Shown here: piece by piece, positions 1-8,749 of the stretch
Numbering within the stretch: position 1 is the stretch's first letter
Layout: every line of letters begins with the position of its first letter
Translations under genes and position numbers: made by a program
Virus record (IMG/VR): IMGVR_UViG_3300047160_003616
Coordinates: 12,649-76,648 of that record
Reading direction: 5' to 3' (one strand)
DNA: 64,000 nucleotides
DNA from: a virus
Taxonomy: Duplodnaviria > Caudoviricetes
The notes under the pieces: model-generated
Seen by the model: only the letters and a program-made list of their open reading frames with translations
What the model was told of the DNA's origin: nothing
Databases searched by the model: none

Positions 1-381
1 CGGGGAGCAGTAGCAGTACCAGTCACGGTCGCCGTAAGTGCTGTAGTAGCGGCTGCGCTCCTCGTAGCGGCGCAGTTGAGCCAGTCGCCTGGCCTGTTCC
101 AGGGTCTCATCGGCCCACTCACGGGTCGGGGCCGGGGGGATCACCGCGGGTGCAGCCAGCCGGGCCCGGCCGAAGGCCTCGGCACACTCGGGGCAGCGGC
201 CGACTTCGCCGTCATGGGGCTTATCGCAATCCCAGCAGATGGCCTTGTGCTCGGTCGGGGTAAAGACAATCGGGCCCACCGTGATGCGCTCCTGGGGCAC
301 CAGCAGCAGATTGCCGTCGTGCTCGATCTCAGGGGTTGGGAAGTCCAGCTCCTCTAGTTCTCGATCAGGCGCGATGGTCAT
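1..381 (-). CDS. Hypothetical protein with CxxC pairs, runs off the window start
   Basis: ATG at 381 after GAGGAG; CWDC...CPEC; frame near the window start is ambiguous. Confidence 0.4.
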   Translation of the reverse strand, partial: MTIAPDRELEELDFPTPEIEHDGNLLLVPQERITVGPIVFTPTEHKAICWDCDKPHDGEVGRCPECAEAFGRARLAAPAVIPPAPTREWADETLEQARRLAQLRRYEERSRYYSTYGDRDWYCYCSP

Positions 382-423
382 GGCACTCCTCTCAAATTGG
401 TGGGGTGCCTCATTGTAAAACTT

Positions 424-621
424 CTACAGCGGTTCCACGATGGCGAATACCGCGGCCATCGGCCGCGGTGGTTTGGCCCCGTTGAGTACCTTGCGCAGCG
501 CCTTGTCCAGGTGCGCCGCACAGCACACCAACGGCTCGGCGGTCCCGGCCTGCCGGGTGGTCCAGGTGGCCGCCCGCTTGCACACCGGCAAGAAGCACTC
601 CGCTACCCCGTTGTCCCCCAT
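424..621 (-). CDS. Small Cys-rich hypothetical protein
   Basis: Internal ATG of ORF 424..657; CFLPVC/CCAAH; tiles with neighbours. Confidence 0.5.
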   Translation of the reverse strand: MGDNGVAECFLPVCKRAATWTTRQAGTAEPLVCCAAHLDKALRKVLNGAKPPRPMAAVFAIVEPL

Positions 622-791
622 ATCGCCTCCCTGGCCGCCGTGTAGTGCGTCTGGCACAGGTCCAGATCGCTCGGGTCCTCATCGTAGAAGGTGACTCGGC
701 CCCAGCCGTGCGCACTGCGGGGCACGTCGGGAACCAGCTCGATCATGGCCGTACAGCCGGGGGCGTCACAGTGCAGTTCCATTGGCCTCAT
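603..791 (-). CDS. Small Zn-binding hypothetical protein
   Basis: CDAPGC...DLCQTH pattern. Confidence 0.55.
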   Translation of the reverse strand: MRPMELHCDAPGCTAMIELVPDVPRSAHGWGRVTFYDEDPSDLDLCQTHYTAAREAIWGTTG

Positions 792-993
792 CTATCCAGC
801 GAACCGTGGTCGCCCCGTCATGGCCGTGGATCGCCTCCATGGCCGCGATGTTGTCGTAGAACGCGGAGGAGGATAGCGCGGTCTTCCAGCGCAGCGCCAC
901 CGTCCCGTCATAGAATTGCACACCCTCGGCCACCTCCCCGGTGCCACTGGTGCCGCTGATGTCCTCCGCACGGTCGAGCACAAAACGTCGCAT
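766..993 (-). CDS. Conserved small phage protein (RRF..D.SGTSGTG..AEG..F.DG...HGH type)
   Basis: Motif I recognise from many actinophage hypotheticals; start at MRRFVL. Confidence 0.7.
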   Translation of the reverse strand: MRRFVLDRAEDISGTSGTGEVAEGVQFYDGTVALRWKTALSSSAFYDNIAAMEAIHGHDGATTVRWIDEANGTAL

Positions 994-1057
994 AGGGGTA
1001 CCGCCCTGGTTGTAGGTCCCCGCCCCGCGCACAGCATACTATTAGGTATGTGTTGAG

Positions 1058-1240
1058 TTAAAGTCCCGTACTGTTGGAATCTTTTTCGCCGTCAATGGCT
1101 TCCAGAATCGCAGTGAAATGGTCGCGCAACGTGGCGAACAGCGGTCCCTTGTCGGCCAGCATAACGGTGATCATCAGGCCCTCAAAGGCCCGCAGGCGGG
1201 CCTGGGCGATCAGCTCCTCATCGGTGTGGACTTCGCTCAT
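1058..1240 (-). CDS. Hypothetical protein
   Basis: MSEVHT start overlaps the stop of the upstream gene (ATGA). Confidence 0.55.
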   Translation of the reverse strand: MSEVHTDEELIAQARLRAFEGLMITVMLADKGPLFATLRDHFTAILEAIDGEKDSNSTGL

Positions 1241-1623
1241 GCCTCGATCACCCGGGTGCGCCGCGGACGGCCGATGCGCACGTAGAACACCTCGCCGTCG
1301 GGGCTGGGGTGAATCCCGGAGGCGGTGATCACCAGACAGCCCGGCTCGTCCAGGGTGATCGGCTCGGAGAGAGGCAGCTCCAGGGTGCCCAGCCAGAGCA
1401 CGTCGTAGGTGCCCGCGGACAGGTCCACGGTGTAGGCCCGACCGACCGGGCCGTCCACCCGGATGGCGTTGGGAGCCATCCGCCCGGAGTCGAAGCGGGT
1501 GGGCACACACTCCGGGCAGATGCACTTGCCGCCCTTGAGGGATTGGTGGGAGGACCGCCAGTAATGCGCGTCCTCGCCGCCGTGCAGCTGCCAGTCGACT
1601 AGGGCATCAATGTCCTTCAGCAC
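1237..1623 (-). CDS. Hypothetical protein
   Basis: 128 aa ORF in a tightly packed operon. Confidence 0.6.
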   Translation of the reverse strand: MLKDIDALVDWQLHGGEDAHYWRSSHQSLKGGKCICPECVPTRFDSGRMAPNAIRVDGPVGRAYTVDLSAGTYDVLWLGTLELPLSEPITLDEPGCLVITASGIHPSPDGEVFYVRIGRPRRTRVIEA

Positions 1624-2161
1624 CTTGTCTTCGGGCCTGGGTTTTTTCCTGACAGTCAGGACACACCTCGATTCTCTGCACCGAGGCTATCGCGGCCAGA
1701 TGCCAGATGCACCCAGATGCACAATCCCAGCCGTAGTACCAGTTCGGCCCGAACAGCCGGTGATCGTGATGATAGGGCGTGATGATCAGGCCGTCGTAGT
1801 CGGCGACGACCTTGCGCCAGTCGATGGGCCAGTGACGGCGGAGGTGAGTCTCCTCACCAAGGATGCCCGCCATCCGGCGCTCGTACTCGGTCTCCACGGC
1901 ATAGGCGAACTGGAAGGCCGCCAGCTCGGCATCGGTGCCGACGTAGCGGATATTGGCGTCCTCGCGCAGGTGGATCTGAGAAGCGTGGGTCAGCCCGTCG
2001 GTGCAGAAGTCCTCGGCCACACACCAGTGCCACCAGTCGTCCTCGCCGGTGACCGAGACCCACAGGCCACTGGGCTTATGGTGCAGCCAGGGCATGGTCT
2101 GGATGTAGACGCGGTTGGGGTTGTAATCCCATGGGGTCTCGCTGTAGTGGATCAGTTCCAT
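1607..2161 (-). CDS. Conserved phage protein of unknown function (HKPSGLW...YDG..I.PY...WDC.SGCIW)
   Basis: Start MELIHY at 2161; Trp-rich conserved-looking motifs. Confidence 0.7.
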   Translation of the reverse strand: MELIHYSETPWDYNPNRVYIQTMPWLHHKPSGLWVSVTGEDDWWHWCVAEDFCTDGLTHASQIHLREDANIRYVGTDAELAAFQFAYAVETEYERRMAGILGEETHLRRHWPIDWRKVVADYDGLIITPYHHDHRLFGPNWYYGWDCASGCIWHLAAIASVQRIEVCPDCQEKTQARRQGAEGH

Positions 2162-2166
2162 TGGGT

Positions 2167-2979
2167 CTAGTAAACCAAATTGGGTGTCGCCCCACTGGGA
2201 TACCAGGCCCGCACGTAGTCCACCAGGAACTGACTCGGGAACGACGACGGGTAGGGCCCCTGCAAGCCGTGGTTGAACATCACGTACTGCGGCTGGCCGG
2301 TGTCCTGCTGCGCGCCGCTGTCGCTGGTTCCGCACGGGAACTGCTTGTAGAGCTTCCCGTCGATATAGATGATGTTATTCGGCGGCGCGTAGTGAAAGGT
2401 CCACACGTGGAACGCCCCGCCCAGGTAGCCGGGGTAGTTGAAGCTCTCGCTCAACTCGGCGGGCATCCCATAGCCCACGTGGTAGTTGGTCCCGATCACC
2501 CCGCTCCACACCTCGGCGATGTCCATCTCCACGGTGACGCTGGGTTCCGGCCGCTGGCGCAGCACCCAGAACGCGGGCCAGTTGAGATGGTGCGTGCCGT
2601 CGCCGGGGAAAAGGCAGCGGGCCTCCCACACGCACTCCGCGCCGATGGCGAACCCCTTGCCGGGGCCCGTCGGGTAGGTGGACACCAGCGAGCCGGTCTT
2701 GGCGTCGGAGAGCGTGAGCACCAGATTGCCGTTGGCGACGGCGACATTGGACGACGGGATGGCGACATCGTTCATGGAGGTGCCAGTGGGCCACGGCTGA
2801 TAGGACCACAGGTTGGTGTTCAGTGACGAGCCGTTGAAATCGTCGCTCATGGCCAGCGTCCAGCTGCCGGGAACGCCGAGAGGTTGCGGGGTGGTGGGCG
2901 CGGTGTTGATCACCGGGGCGGGCACTGTGAGGGAGCTGGTGGCCCCGTCGGCCGCGACCAGGTTGACGGTGAGGCTCAT
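2167..2979 (-). CDS. Glycoside hydrolase family 16 (laminarinase-like)
   Basis: SDDFNG..L....W, WPAFW and catalytic EMDIAE (E-x-D-x-x-E) motifs. Confidence 0.85.
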   Translation of the reverse strand: MSLTVNLVAADGATSSLTVPAPVINTAPTTPQPLGVPGSWTLAMSDDFNGSSLNTNLWSYQPWPTGTSMNDVAIPSSNVAVANGNLVLTLSDAKTGSLVSTYPTGPGKGFAIGAECVWEARCLFPGDGTHHLNWPAFWVLRQRPEPSVTVEMDIAEVWSGVIGTNYHVGYGMPAELSESFNYPGYLGGAFHVWTFHYAPPNNIIYIDGKLYKQFPCGTSDSGAQQDTGQPQYVMFNHGLQGPYPSSFPSQFLVDYVRAWYPSGATPNLVY

Positions 2980-3290
2980 GCGACGGCCGTCGCGGAGAGG
3001 CCGTTGGAGGCCACCGTCCACACCCGCCCGCTGGGGTCGGTGACGCCGGTGATCTTCACCGACTCGGGCGTGCTGGCCGTGGTGGTGGTGGCCACCGTGG
3101 CACTGGACGCGGTGATGCTCTGAGTGGACCCGTCGGCGGCGGTCACGTTGACCACAAGGCCGGTCACCGGCTTGGTCGTGGTGGTGCTGGTGGTCAGCAC
3201 ATCCCCACCGGAGATGGTCAGGGTCATGGTGTCCCCGGCGTTGTAGGAGGCTTTGTCGAGCGTGGCGGTGACGTTCCAGGTGTCAGGCAT
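2976..3290 (-). CDS. Thr/Val-rich Ig-like beta-sandwich protein
   Basis: ATLDKASYNAGDTMTLTI; ATGA-coupled to the GH16 gene. Confidence 0.7.
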   Translation of the reverse strand: MPDTWNVTATLDKASYNAGDTMTLTISGGDVLTTSTTTTKPVTGLVVNVTAADGSTQSITASSATVATTTTASTPESVKITGVTDPSGRVWTVASNGLSATAVA

Positions 3291-3362
3291 GCCCTGACGG
3301 TACCCATACTCGGCAGTCTGCAAGGTGACGCCACGCCGTACAGAAAGTTTCTTTTTCTCGTT

Positions 3363-3728
3363 TTAGTCTGGCCAAATTCCCAGCCGCAGGCTGCGCTTGT
3401 GGTGCCACTCGGCCAGCTCGTCGGTGAGCACCCAGACCTTGATCTCCTCGGTGTCCCAGTCGTGCCAGCGCATCCGGGCGTTCACCAACAGGTTGCAGCC
3501 CAGCTTCCATTCCTCGGGGAAGGGTGGCTCGGGGACGGCCAGATCCAGCGTCCAGCGCCCGGCCCGGGTGTTGCCCGCATCGTCGGTTTTCAGCACGGTG
3601 TACTGGTGAGCCAGCGGGGAGCACATGAGCATGTGCACCATGGGCATCTCATCGAAGTAGAGCCGCGGCTCATCCGGCGGCGGGGCCGCGAAGAAGTAGC
3701 ACGGGGTGGACTCGTTGACCTCGGTCAT
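3363..3728 (-). CDS. Hypothetical protein
   Basis: MTEVNE start; operon tiling. Confidence 0.55.
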   Translation of the reverse strand: MTEVNESTPCYFFAAPPPDEPRLYFDEMPMVHMLMCSPLAHQYTVLKTDDAGNTRAGRWTLDLAVPEPPFPEEWKLGCNLLVNARMRWHDWDTEEIKVWVLTDELAEWHHKRSLRLGIWPD

Positions 3729-3729
3729 G

Positions 3730-3882
3730 TCACCAAGTGCACAGCCCGGACAGCTCACGTAACCGCGCCGCATAACGGCGTCCAAGCTGGGCCTGTTCGC
3801 TCATCTCGCGCAGCACGTTGCCGGGCACCTCAAAGAGGCCCCCGCATTCGGCCTCGCAGTCGTGGACCTGGGTCTGGCTCAT
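3730..3882 (-). CDS. Small hypothetical protein (50 aa, below ORF-track cutoff)
   Basis: MSQTQVHDCEAECGG...; ATGA overlap with upstream stop. Confidence 0.5.
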   Translation of the reverse strand: MSQTQVHDCEAECGGLFEVPGNVLREMSEQAQLGRRYAARLRELSGLCTW

Positions 3883-4190
3883 ATCGTCCATTCCGGGGCC
3901 TCCTGGCCCATCGGCGTCGGCCTGGTGTAGGGCCGGGGGTGTTTGCGCAGCTTCATCTTGGACACGTCATAGCCGCGCTCGGCTTCATCAGCCAGCTCCT
4001 CGATGGTCTTGCCGTAACGCTTCTCGGCCTCGGCCACATCGGCCGGGGTGGCATCGGCGACCGGGGTGCGCTCGCGGTCTAACTCCTCGGGGGTGTAGCG
4101 GGCATGATCGCGCACCCGCTCATGATCGGCCTGGCACTCAAACAGGGTCATGCCGGGATGCCAGGGGCATTGCATGTCGCCGATCTTCAT
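3879..4190 (-). CDS. Hypothetical protein
   Basis: MKIGDMQC start overlaps the upstream stop. Confidence 0.55.
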   Translation of the reverse strand: MKIGDMQCPWHPGMTLFECQADHERVRDHARYTPEELDRERTPVADATPADVAEAEKRYGKTIEELADEAERGYDVSKMKLRKHPRPYTRPTPMGQEAPEWTI

Positions 4191-4408
4191 CGCAGCGGCT
4201 CCTTCAGTCGGGCCTTGGTGAGCATCATCGAGACCTCCTGTTTGATCTGGTCGACGGTGAAGCCGTCGGGACAAGAGGTGAAGAAGTCCCAGGCGATGGC
4301 CTTCTCCCGGTCGGTCTCGGGCACCAGTAATGTGTTCTCCTCCACCGGCCTGCCCTCCTCATCACGCTCGGTCATCCAGGGTGGCATTCCCTCAGTCCTC
4401 ATGCTCAC
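4187..4408 (-). CDS. Hypothetical protein
   Basis: 73 aa ORF tiling with neighbours. Confidence 0.5.
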   Translation of the reverse strand: MSMRTEGMPPWMTERDEEGRPVEENTLLVPETDREKAIAWDFFTSCPDGFTVDQIKQEVSMMLTKARLKEPLR

Positions 4409-4652
4409 CTCGCGGGATGGCGTCGATCAGCCGGTCCAGCGTCATCGCCAGCGCGATGCGCAGGAAATCCTCCTCCAACGGGCCGCCGCCGAAGATCCGG
4501 TCTAGGTCTGCCAGCAGGGCAGGGACACCGGGCAACTGCCCATGCCAGCGCATCAGGGCCAGATTGCCCAGCAGGCCATCCAGGTTGAACTGGGCCTCAA
4601 ACTCGGCGAAGCGGCGGTCGTCGTCATCGGCGATGTTCTCGGGCATGCTCAT
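4392..4652 (-). CDS. Hypothetical protein
   Basis: MSMPEN start, ATGA overlap. Confidence 0.55.
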   Translation of the reverse strand: MSMPENIADDDDRRFAEFEAQFNLDGLLGNLALMRWHGQLPGVPALLADLDRIFGGGPLEEDFLRIALAMTLDRLIDAIPRGEHED

Positions 4653-4765
4653 GACACACACTCCTCGTGACATAGCTCGTCGTCCTCATAGGTCACCTCG
4701 TCGCCGGGCTCAATAGGCTCGCCACACGCCGCACAGGTGCCGGGGTAGCGGGCCTCAAAGCTCAC
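4649..4765 (-). CDS. 38 aa Zn-ribbon protein (ARYPGTCAACGEPIEPGD...CHEEC)
   Basis: GTGA overlaps; small phage Zn-binding pattern. Confidence 0.65.
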   Translation of the reverse strand: MSFEARYPGTCAACGEPIEPGDEVTYEDDELCHEECVS

Positions 4766-5040
4766 GGGGTGCTCCGATGGTGCCCGTCGCCGGTCTGCGG
4801 GTGATACAGCGTCATCTCATTGGGGTGGCGGCGGAACAGCTCGGTGATCACCGCGGCCTGGTTGGCCTTGACCAGCTCGTCCAACTGGGCCAGCTCGGCC
4901 GCGGCTTCGGGGTGGCACTTGCGCAGATGCTCGGTGATCTCGGCGGCCCAGCCGCCGACGAGGCGCTCGCCTTCCCGGTGCGGGCCCTCCTCGCTGGGCG
5001 GCTGATACCCGCACAGCTTGCAGGTGACTTTGTCGGTCAT
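4762..5040 (-). CDS. C2H2-like Zn-finger protein
   Basis: CKLC...HLRKCH; CAACCAGGAGG upstream. Confidence 0.7.
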   Translation of the reverse strand: MTDKVTCKLCGYQPPSEEGPHREGERLVGGWAAEITEHLRKCHPEAAAELAQLDELVKANQAAVITELFRRHPNEMTLYHPQTGDGHHRSTP

Positions 5041-5075
5041 GTTCGGGACCTCCTGGTTGTAGGTTCACCGATTAT

Positions 5076-5101
5076 AACTCTTCTATAGGGTCACCAATTC
5101 C
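5076..5101 (-). promoter_or_regulatory. ECF-type promoter GGAAT-N18-GTT
   Basis: Minus strand GGAAT 5101-5097, 18 nt, GTT 5078-5076. Confidence 0.6.
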
Positions 5102-5489
5102 TGGCGAAATAAATCCAACATTTGCGCATCTCGGCGTTGGCGTGGGCGCGGATCAAGGCCGGGGTGGTCAACGTGGCCCACTCGGCATCGCCATAACGAA
5201 TACGAACAGCTGTTCGATAACCGTCGCCGACCTCGCCGGTCTTGGCGTTGCGCACCAGGCAGGCCAGCAGCGGCTCGTCGTGGCACCGGTTGATCTCGGC
5301 CACTGCGCAGCACATGCCGTCCACGGTGTTACACCAGTTGAACCCGTTCCCCGGCTCGGAGGCCCCGCAGGACACCCCGTAGCGCGCCACCAGCACCTGT
5401 CGCCAGATCGAGCCGTAGTGGGTGAACGTCCGGTCACTGGCGGTGGTGCTCAGCATGCCGTAGGCCACGATGCCCAGGTCGACCTTCAT
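5091..5489 (-). CDS. Hypothetical protein
   Basis: 132 aa; CAACCAGGAGG upstream. Confidence 0.7.
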   Translation of the reverse strand: MKVDLGIVAYGMLSTTASDRTFTHYGSIWRQVLVARYGVSCGASEPGNGFNWCNTVDGMCCAVAEINRCHDEPLLACLVRNAKTGEVGDGYRTAVRIRYGDAEWATLTTPALIRAHANAEMRKCWIYFARNW

Positions 5490-5574
5490 TCAAATTCCTC
5501 CTGGTTGATTAGCCTGGGCCTTTTATAGCTCAATGCGCTCGGCCCGCAAAGCTAAGCCGAGCGTAGCATCCTTG

Positions 5575-5781
5575 TCAAGTTTGCTGTGACCAGCGGAACC
5601 CGAGCCCGGTGCGCGGGGGCATGACGGCCACGTGGATGGTGTCCCCGTGTTCGGGGTGAAACTCCACCCCGGCGATGGACCACTGGTCCATACCCTTCTC
5701 GTCGGTGCCCTCGTGGATCAACTCGCAGTCGATCACCGTGCCGTCACCGCGGCAGATCTGCACGCCTTCAGGACGGCCCAT
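5575..5781 (-). CDS. Hypothetical protein
   Basis: MGRPEG start in ORF 5575..6063. Confidence 0.55.
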   Translation of the reverse strand: MGRPEGVQICRGDGTVIDCELIHEGTDEKGMDQWSIAGVEFHPEHGDTIHVAVMPPRTGLGFRWSQQT

Positions 5782-6037
5782 GGCGCATCCTCTGGCATTC
5801 GATGCACAGCAGCTTCTCGGGCTGCAACAGATCGGCTCCATTCCACTCGGGCATGAAGCGTCGGCACTGCGCGCAGCGGTACTCCTGGGGCGGGTAGTCG
5901 CCCCAGGACAGCAGCCCGGTATTGATCTGCACCGGCTCATTGGGGTAGCGCAGCCCGGCACGGAACGTGGTTTGCTGGCCCGGTGGGCCCTCTTTGCCGT
6001 AGTCGGCCAGCTCATTTGCCAGGTCGATTTCAGCCAT
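5768..6037 (-). CDS. Zn-ribbon protein
   Basis: CAQC...CIEC. Confidence 0.6.
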   Translation of the reverse strand: MAEIDLANELADYGKEGPPGQQTTFRAGLRYPNEPVQINTGLLSWGDYPPQEYRCAQCRRFMPEWNGADLLQPEKLLCIECQRMRHGPS

Positions 6038-6137
6038 GATGGTGATCTTTCACGGCCCCGCAAGGCTCTGGCCGTGAGCCTAACATTCTTGTCAAGTCGG
6101 CCTCACCTCTTCTGCAGCTTGTAATACAAGCCGGGCC

Positions 6138-6476
6138 TCAGCCATAGCCCTGCGCCCGAAACTTCACCTGCAGGGCTTCGGTCGCCTGGATGACGGCTAC
6201 CCAGCGCGGGTAGAAGAACAGCTTGGCCTCGGTAGTCAACGGGTGGTGACAGTGCCCGCAGACCAGACAGACCTCACTGGCCAGCCCTTCTTCGCCATTC
6301 TGGTCACGGTAGTGTCCAGAATCGTAGATAGTGTGCTGTATGCCGTAGTGATCTACTCGCATTAGCGGGCGGTGACAGCCGGGGCAGTCGGGGGGATTGT
6401 CGATGGTCACTGTGAACCCCAATTCCGTTGGGATCGGTAGCCGGGGTGGCGGCCTAGAACAGGGCATGAACACCAT
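6138..6476 (-). CDS. Cys-rich hypothetical protein
   Basis: CPGC...CLVCGHC; start uncertain. Confidence 0.5.
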   Translation of the reverse strand: MVFMPCSRPPPRLPIPTELGFTVTIDNPPDCPGCHRPLMRVDHYGIQHTIYDSGHYRDQNGEEGLASEVCLVCGHCHHPLTTEAKLFFYPRWVAVIQATEALQVKFRAQGYG

Positions 6477-6599
6477 CGAAGTGCCTGTTGTGGCCGCCTG
6501 GGACAAGTTGTGCACGCACCCCGCGGGGCCGGTCTTATTGGCCGCCGCGGAGGCGGCGGCGCTGCTGGATCTGATCGTGGCCTGGCACTGGGAGCGCAC

Positions 6600-7049
6600 C
6601 TAGTCATGCGGCAGCAATTCGCTTAATGCCTGCTCAGAGGGCGTGACGTGGTGGCGCATCTGCTCGATCATGGCGGCTCTGGTGTCCACGGCCCGGACGA
6701 ACTGCAGGGCCGCAGTGCACACCTGGGTACGCTTGTGCGCGGTCGGCCACTCCTGATAGTCGGCGACGGCGGTTTTCAGCTTATCGAAGAGATTGGGTTC
6801 GGTCACGTTTGCAGCCTCCTGAGAGCCTCTGTGCGCCACGAGACTGCGCCGATGACTCACCATGTCATTCAGGTCTTCAAATTCGATTGTGGTGCGATTC
6901 CAGCCGCTGTAGAGGGCATATCTGGCCAGGTGCTCCACCGTGGTCTGGCGGGAAACGGCATAGCTGCTGGCCCACCAGGTCTGCCCGAGCGGGTCGGTGT
7001 AGCCCCAGGAGGACCCGTCGGGGGCCATGCCGTGCAGGGTCCAGGTCAC
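6600..7049 (-). CDS. Hypothetical protein
   Basis: 149 aa; GTGA overlap. Confidence 0.6.
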   Translation of the reverse strand: MTWTLHGMAPDGSSWGYTDPLGQTWWASSYAVSRQTTVEHLARYALYSGWNRTTIEFEDLNDMVSHRRSLVAHRGSQEAANVTEPNLFDKLKTAVADYQEWPTAHKRTQVCTAALQFVRAVDTRAAMIEQMRHHVTPSEQALSELLPHD

Positions 7050-7171
7050 GACAGCAGCCCTATCGTCAACCCGATACTCAGGCCCAGCAACACCCCAGAC
7101 AGGAAGAACAGCGTGATGACTAGGGCGAATCCGCCCCAGGTGGCGCTGTAGCCAATGCGAGGCTCGGTCAT
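7046..7171 (-). CDS. Small membrane protein
   Basis: One hydrophobic helix; coupled overlaps. Confidence 0.55.
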   Translation of the reverse strand: MTEPRIGYSATWGGFALVITLFFLSGVLLGLSIGLTIGLLS

Positions 7172-7214
7172 ATCCAGGTCTTCCTGTCTGGGGCCATGCC
7201 GTGCAGCGTCCAGC

Positions 7215-7364
7215 TCACTGGTGGGGCTCCTGGGTGAACGCTTTGACCTGGGCAAGGGCTTCCTGAGCCATGTCCTTGTAATGGCGGGCCAACAACGCGA
7301 AGCCGCCCGACACCAGTGCCGCAGTGGCCGCAAATGCCGCGCAAACCCAGCTGGCCGCGGTCAT
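7215..7364 (-). CDS. Small membrane protein (MTAASWVCAAFAA...)
   Basis: 49 aa; N-terminal hydrophobic segment; ATGA overlap. Confidence 0.55.
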   Translation of the reverse strand: MTAASWVCAAFAATAALVSGGFALLARHYKDMAQEALAQVKAFTQEPHQ

Positions 7365-7428
7365 GACGCGGCCCCCCGAGGGGGCCGCCAGTCCTGGGGC
7401 ACCACCGGGGTGAACAGGGGTTTGTCGC

Positions 7429-7572
7429 TCATTGGCGTTCTCCGTAATTGACCGGGGCCAGTGGGGCTATCGGGGGGTGGATGTCGGGGTGGGCCTGGTC
7501 GTCCAGGGCGATGACGGCCCCGAGGACGATGCCCGCGGCCACCACCCAGAACACCACCCTCCACCAGGTCAC
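7429..7572 (-). CDS. Small membrane protein (MTWWRVVFWVVAAGIVLGAV...)
   Basis: 47 aa; GTGA overlap. Confidence 0.55.
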   Translation of the reverse strand: MTWWRVVFWVVAAGIVLGAVIALDDQAHPDIHPPIAPLAPVNYGERQ

Positions 7573-7757
7573 GGGCCGATTTCGTCACCGTTGGCGATCT
7601 CGGACAGCAGGGCGTCGAGCACATTGGCCAGTGCCAGGATCATCTGCCAGGCCCCGGCCGGGGTTTTGCTCGCCGCTTGCAGCTCGGTGTAGTCGCGCAG
7701 GGTGTCGCGCAGACCCCGCAGCTTGTCCTTGTCCACCATGACCAGGCGTTCACCCAT
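7569..7757 (-). CDS. Hypothetical protein
   Basis: MGERLV start downstream of a GGAGG-containing hairpin. Confidence 0.55.
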   Translation of the reverse strand: MGERLVMVDKDKLRGLRDTLRDYTELQAASKTPAGAWQMILALANVLDALLSEIANGDEIGP

Positions 7758-7959
7758 GCACCGTCGCCCCCTCCGGGGGCGAGGGCGGACGCTGGGCAAC
7801 CAGCAGCCCGCACAGCGCGTCCAGAAGGCCCGACAACAGCAGCTGAGTGCCCAGGGGATGGTCGCAGTCGTCCTCCCACTGCTGCAGCGCCGTGCGGGCC
7901 CGGAGGTAGTGATACAGGGCGGTTTCCTGCGTGATCGAGGGCCGCGGCATGAAGCTCAT
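7750..7959 (-). CDS. Hypothetical protein
   Basis: 69 aa ORF tiling. Confidence 0.5.
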   Translation of the reverse strand: MSFMPRPSITQETALYHYLRARTALQQWEDDCDHPLGTQLLLSGLLDALCGLLVAQRPPSPPEGATVHG

Positions 7960-7962
7960 GGT

Positions 7963-8262
7963 CTACGATCCCATGTTCGCCAGCTCGGCGACGGGGCAAC
8001 GGACGGTGACTTCGTTGCCGTCGGCCCTGGTCATCTGCACGGTGCGGTGCCAGTGCAGCGACCCCTGTGAGGTCATCTGGCACAGCGGGCAGGTGTAGGA
8101 GGGGGCCCCCTCCGGGGGCCCGCTCGACAGCTCGACGGGGGCGCGCAGGTCGTCGGAAATGCGCTCGGACAGCTCCACCAGGGCGCGGGCCTCGTCGGGG
8201 TGGCCGCCCTGCAGGTACATGGCCGCGGTCAACAGCAGCTCGACATCGTGGCCGGTCATCAT
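7963..8262 (-). CDS. Hypothetical protein with CPLC motif
   Basis: 99 aa ORF. Confidence 0.55.
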   Translation of the reverse strand: MMTGHDVELLLTAAMYLQGGHPDEARALVELSERISDDLRAPVELSSGPPEGAPSYTCPLCQMTSQGSLHWHRTVQMTRADGNEVTVRCPVAELANMGS

Positions 8263-8263
8263 C

Positions 8264-8353
8264 TCAGCGGTCCTTGTACAAGAGCCAAAAGGCCAGGTAG
8301 GAGAGGGCGAGGATGATCAGAAGCACGATGATCGTGGCCCCCACCGAGGTCAT
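8264..8353 (-). CDS. 29 aa membrane peptide
   Basis: MTSVGATIIVLLIILALSYLAFWLLYKDR. Confidence 0.5.
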   Translation of the reverse strand: MTSVGATIIVLLIILALSYLAFWLLYKDR

Positions 8354-8749
8354 TATTCCTGCTCTTGGGGGCGCTGTCGTGACGGGCGAAACGGGCTCGG
8401 CGTGTCACTAGATAGCCTTTCTATGAACCTCAAAAAATACTGCGCATTGGGGGATGACCACCCCGGTGCCCTCGCCTCGGCGACCGGAGTCCCAAAAGGA
8501 CAGGGGCTTTCGGGAAACGAGGGGTGATCGGAGGGCCGGGGGTGTGGGTGCGGAGGGCCGCCAGCAAAGACTGTTTTCCCAGGACATGCGAACTAGCTGA
8601 AAAAGAGTTCGTTCAGCAAACTTTTGCGTTTTCATGTGTTGATCATCCAGCAAACATTTTTGGATGGTGCCCATCTTCTCTGGGCTGACCTGCATAAACA
8701 GTGTTTCGACATGAGTCGAAGAGAACTATATATAAAGGGCCCGAAACGC

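Noticed and set aside
8354-8749. Gene in the low-GC gap (ORF 8408..8695 or an alternative frame)
   Set aside because: Atypical codon usage; the more protein-like frame lacks a start codon; left unannotated
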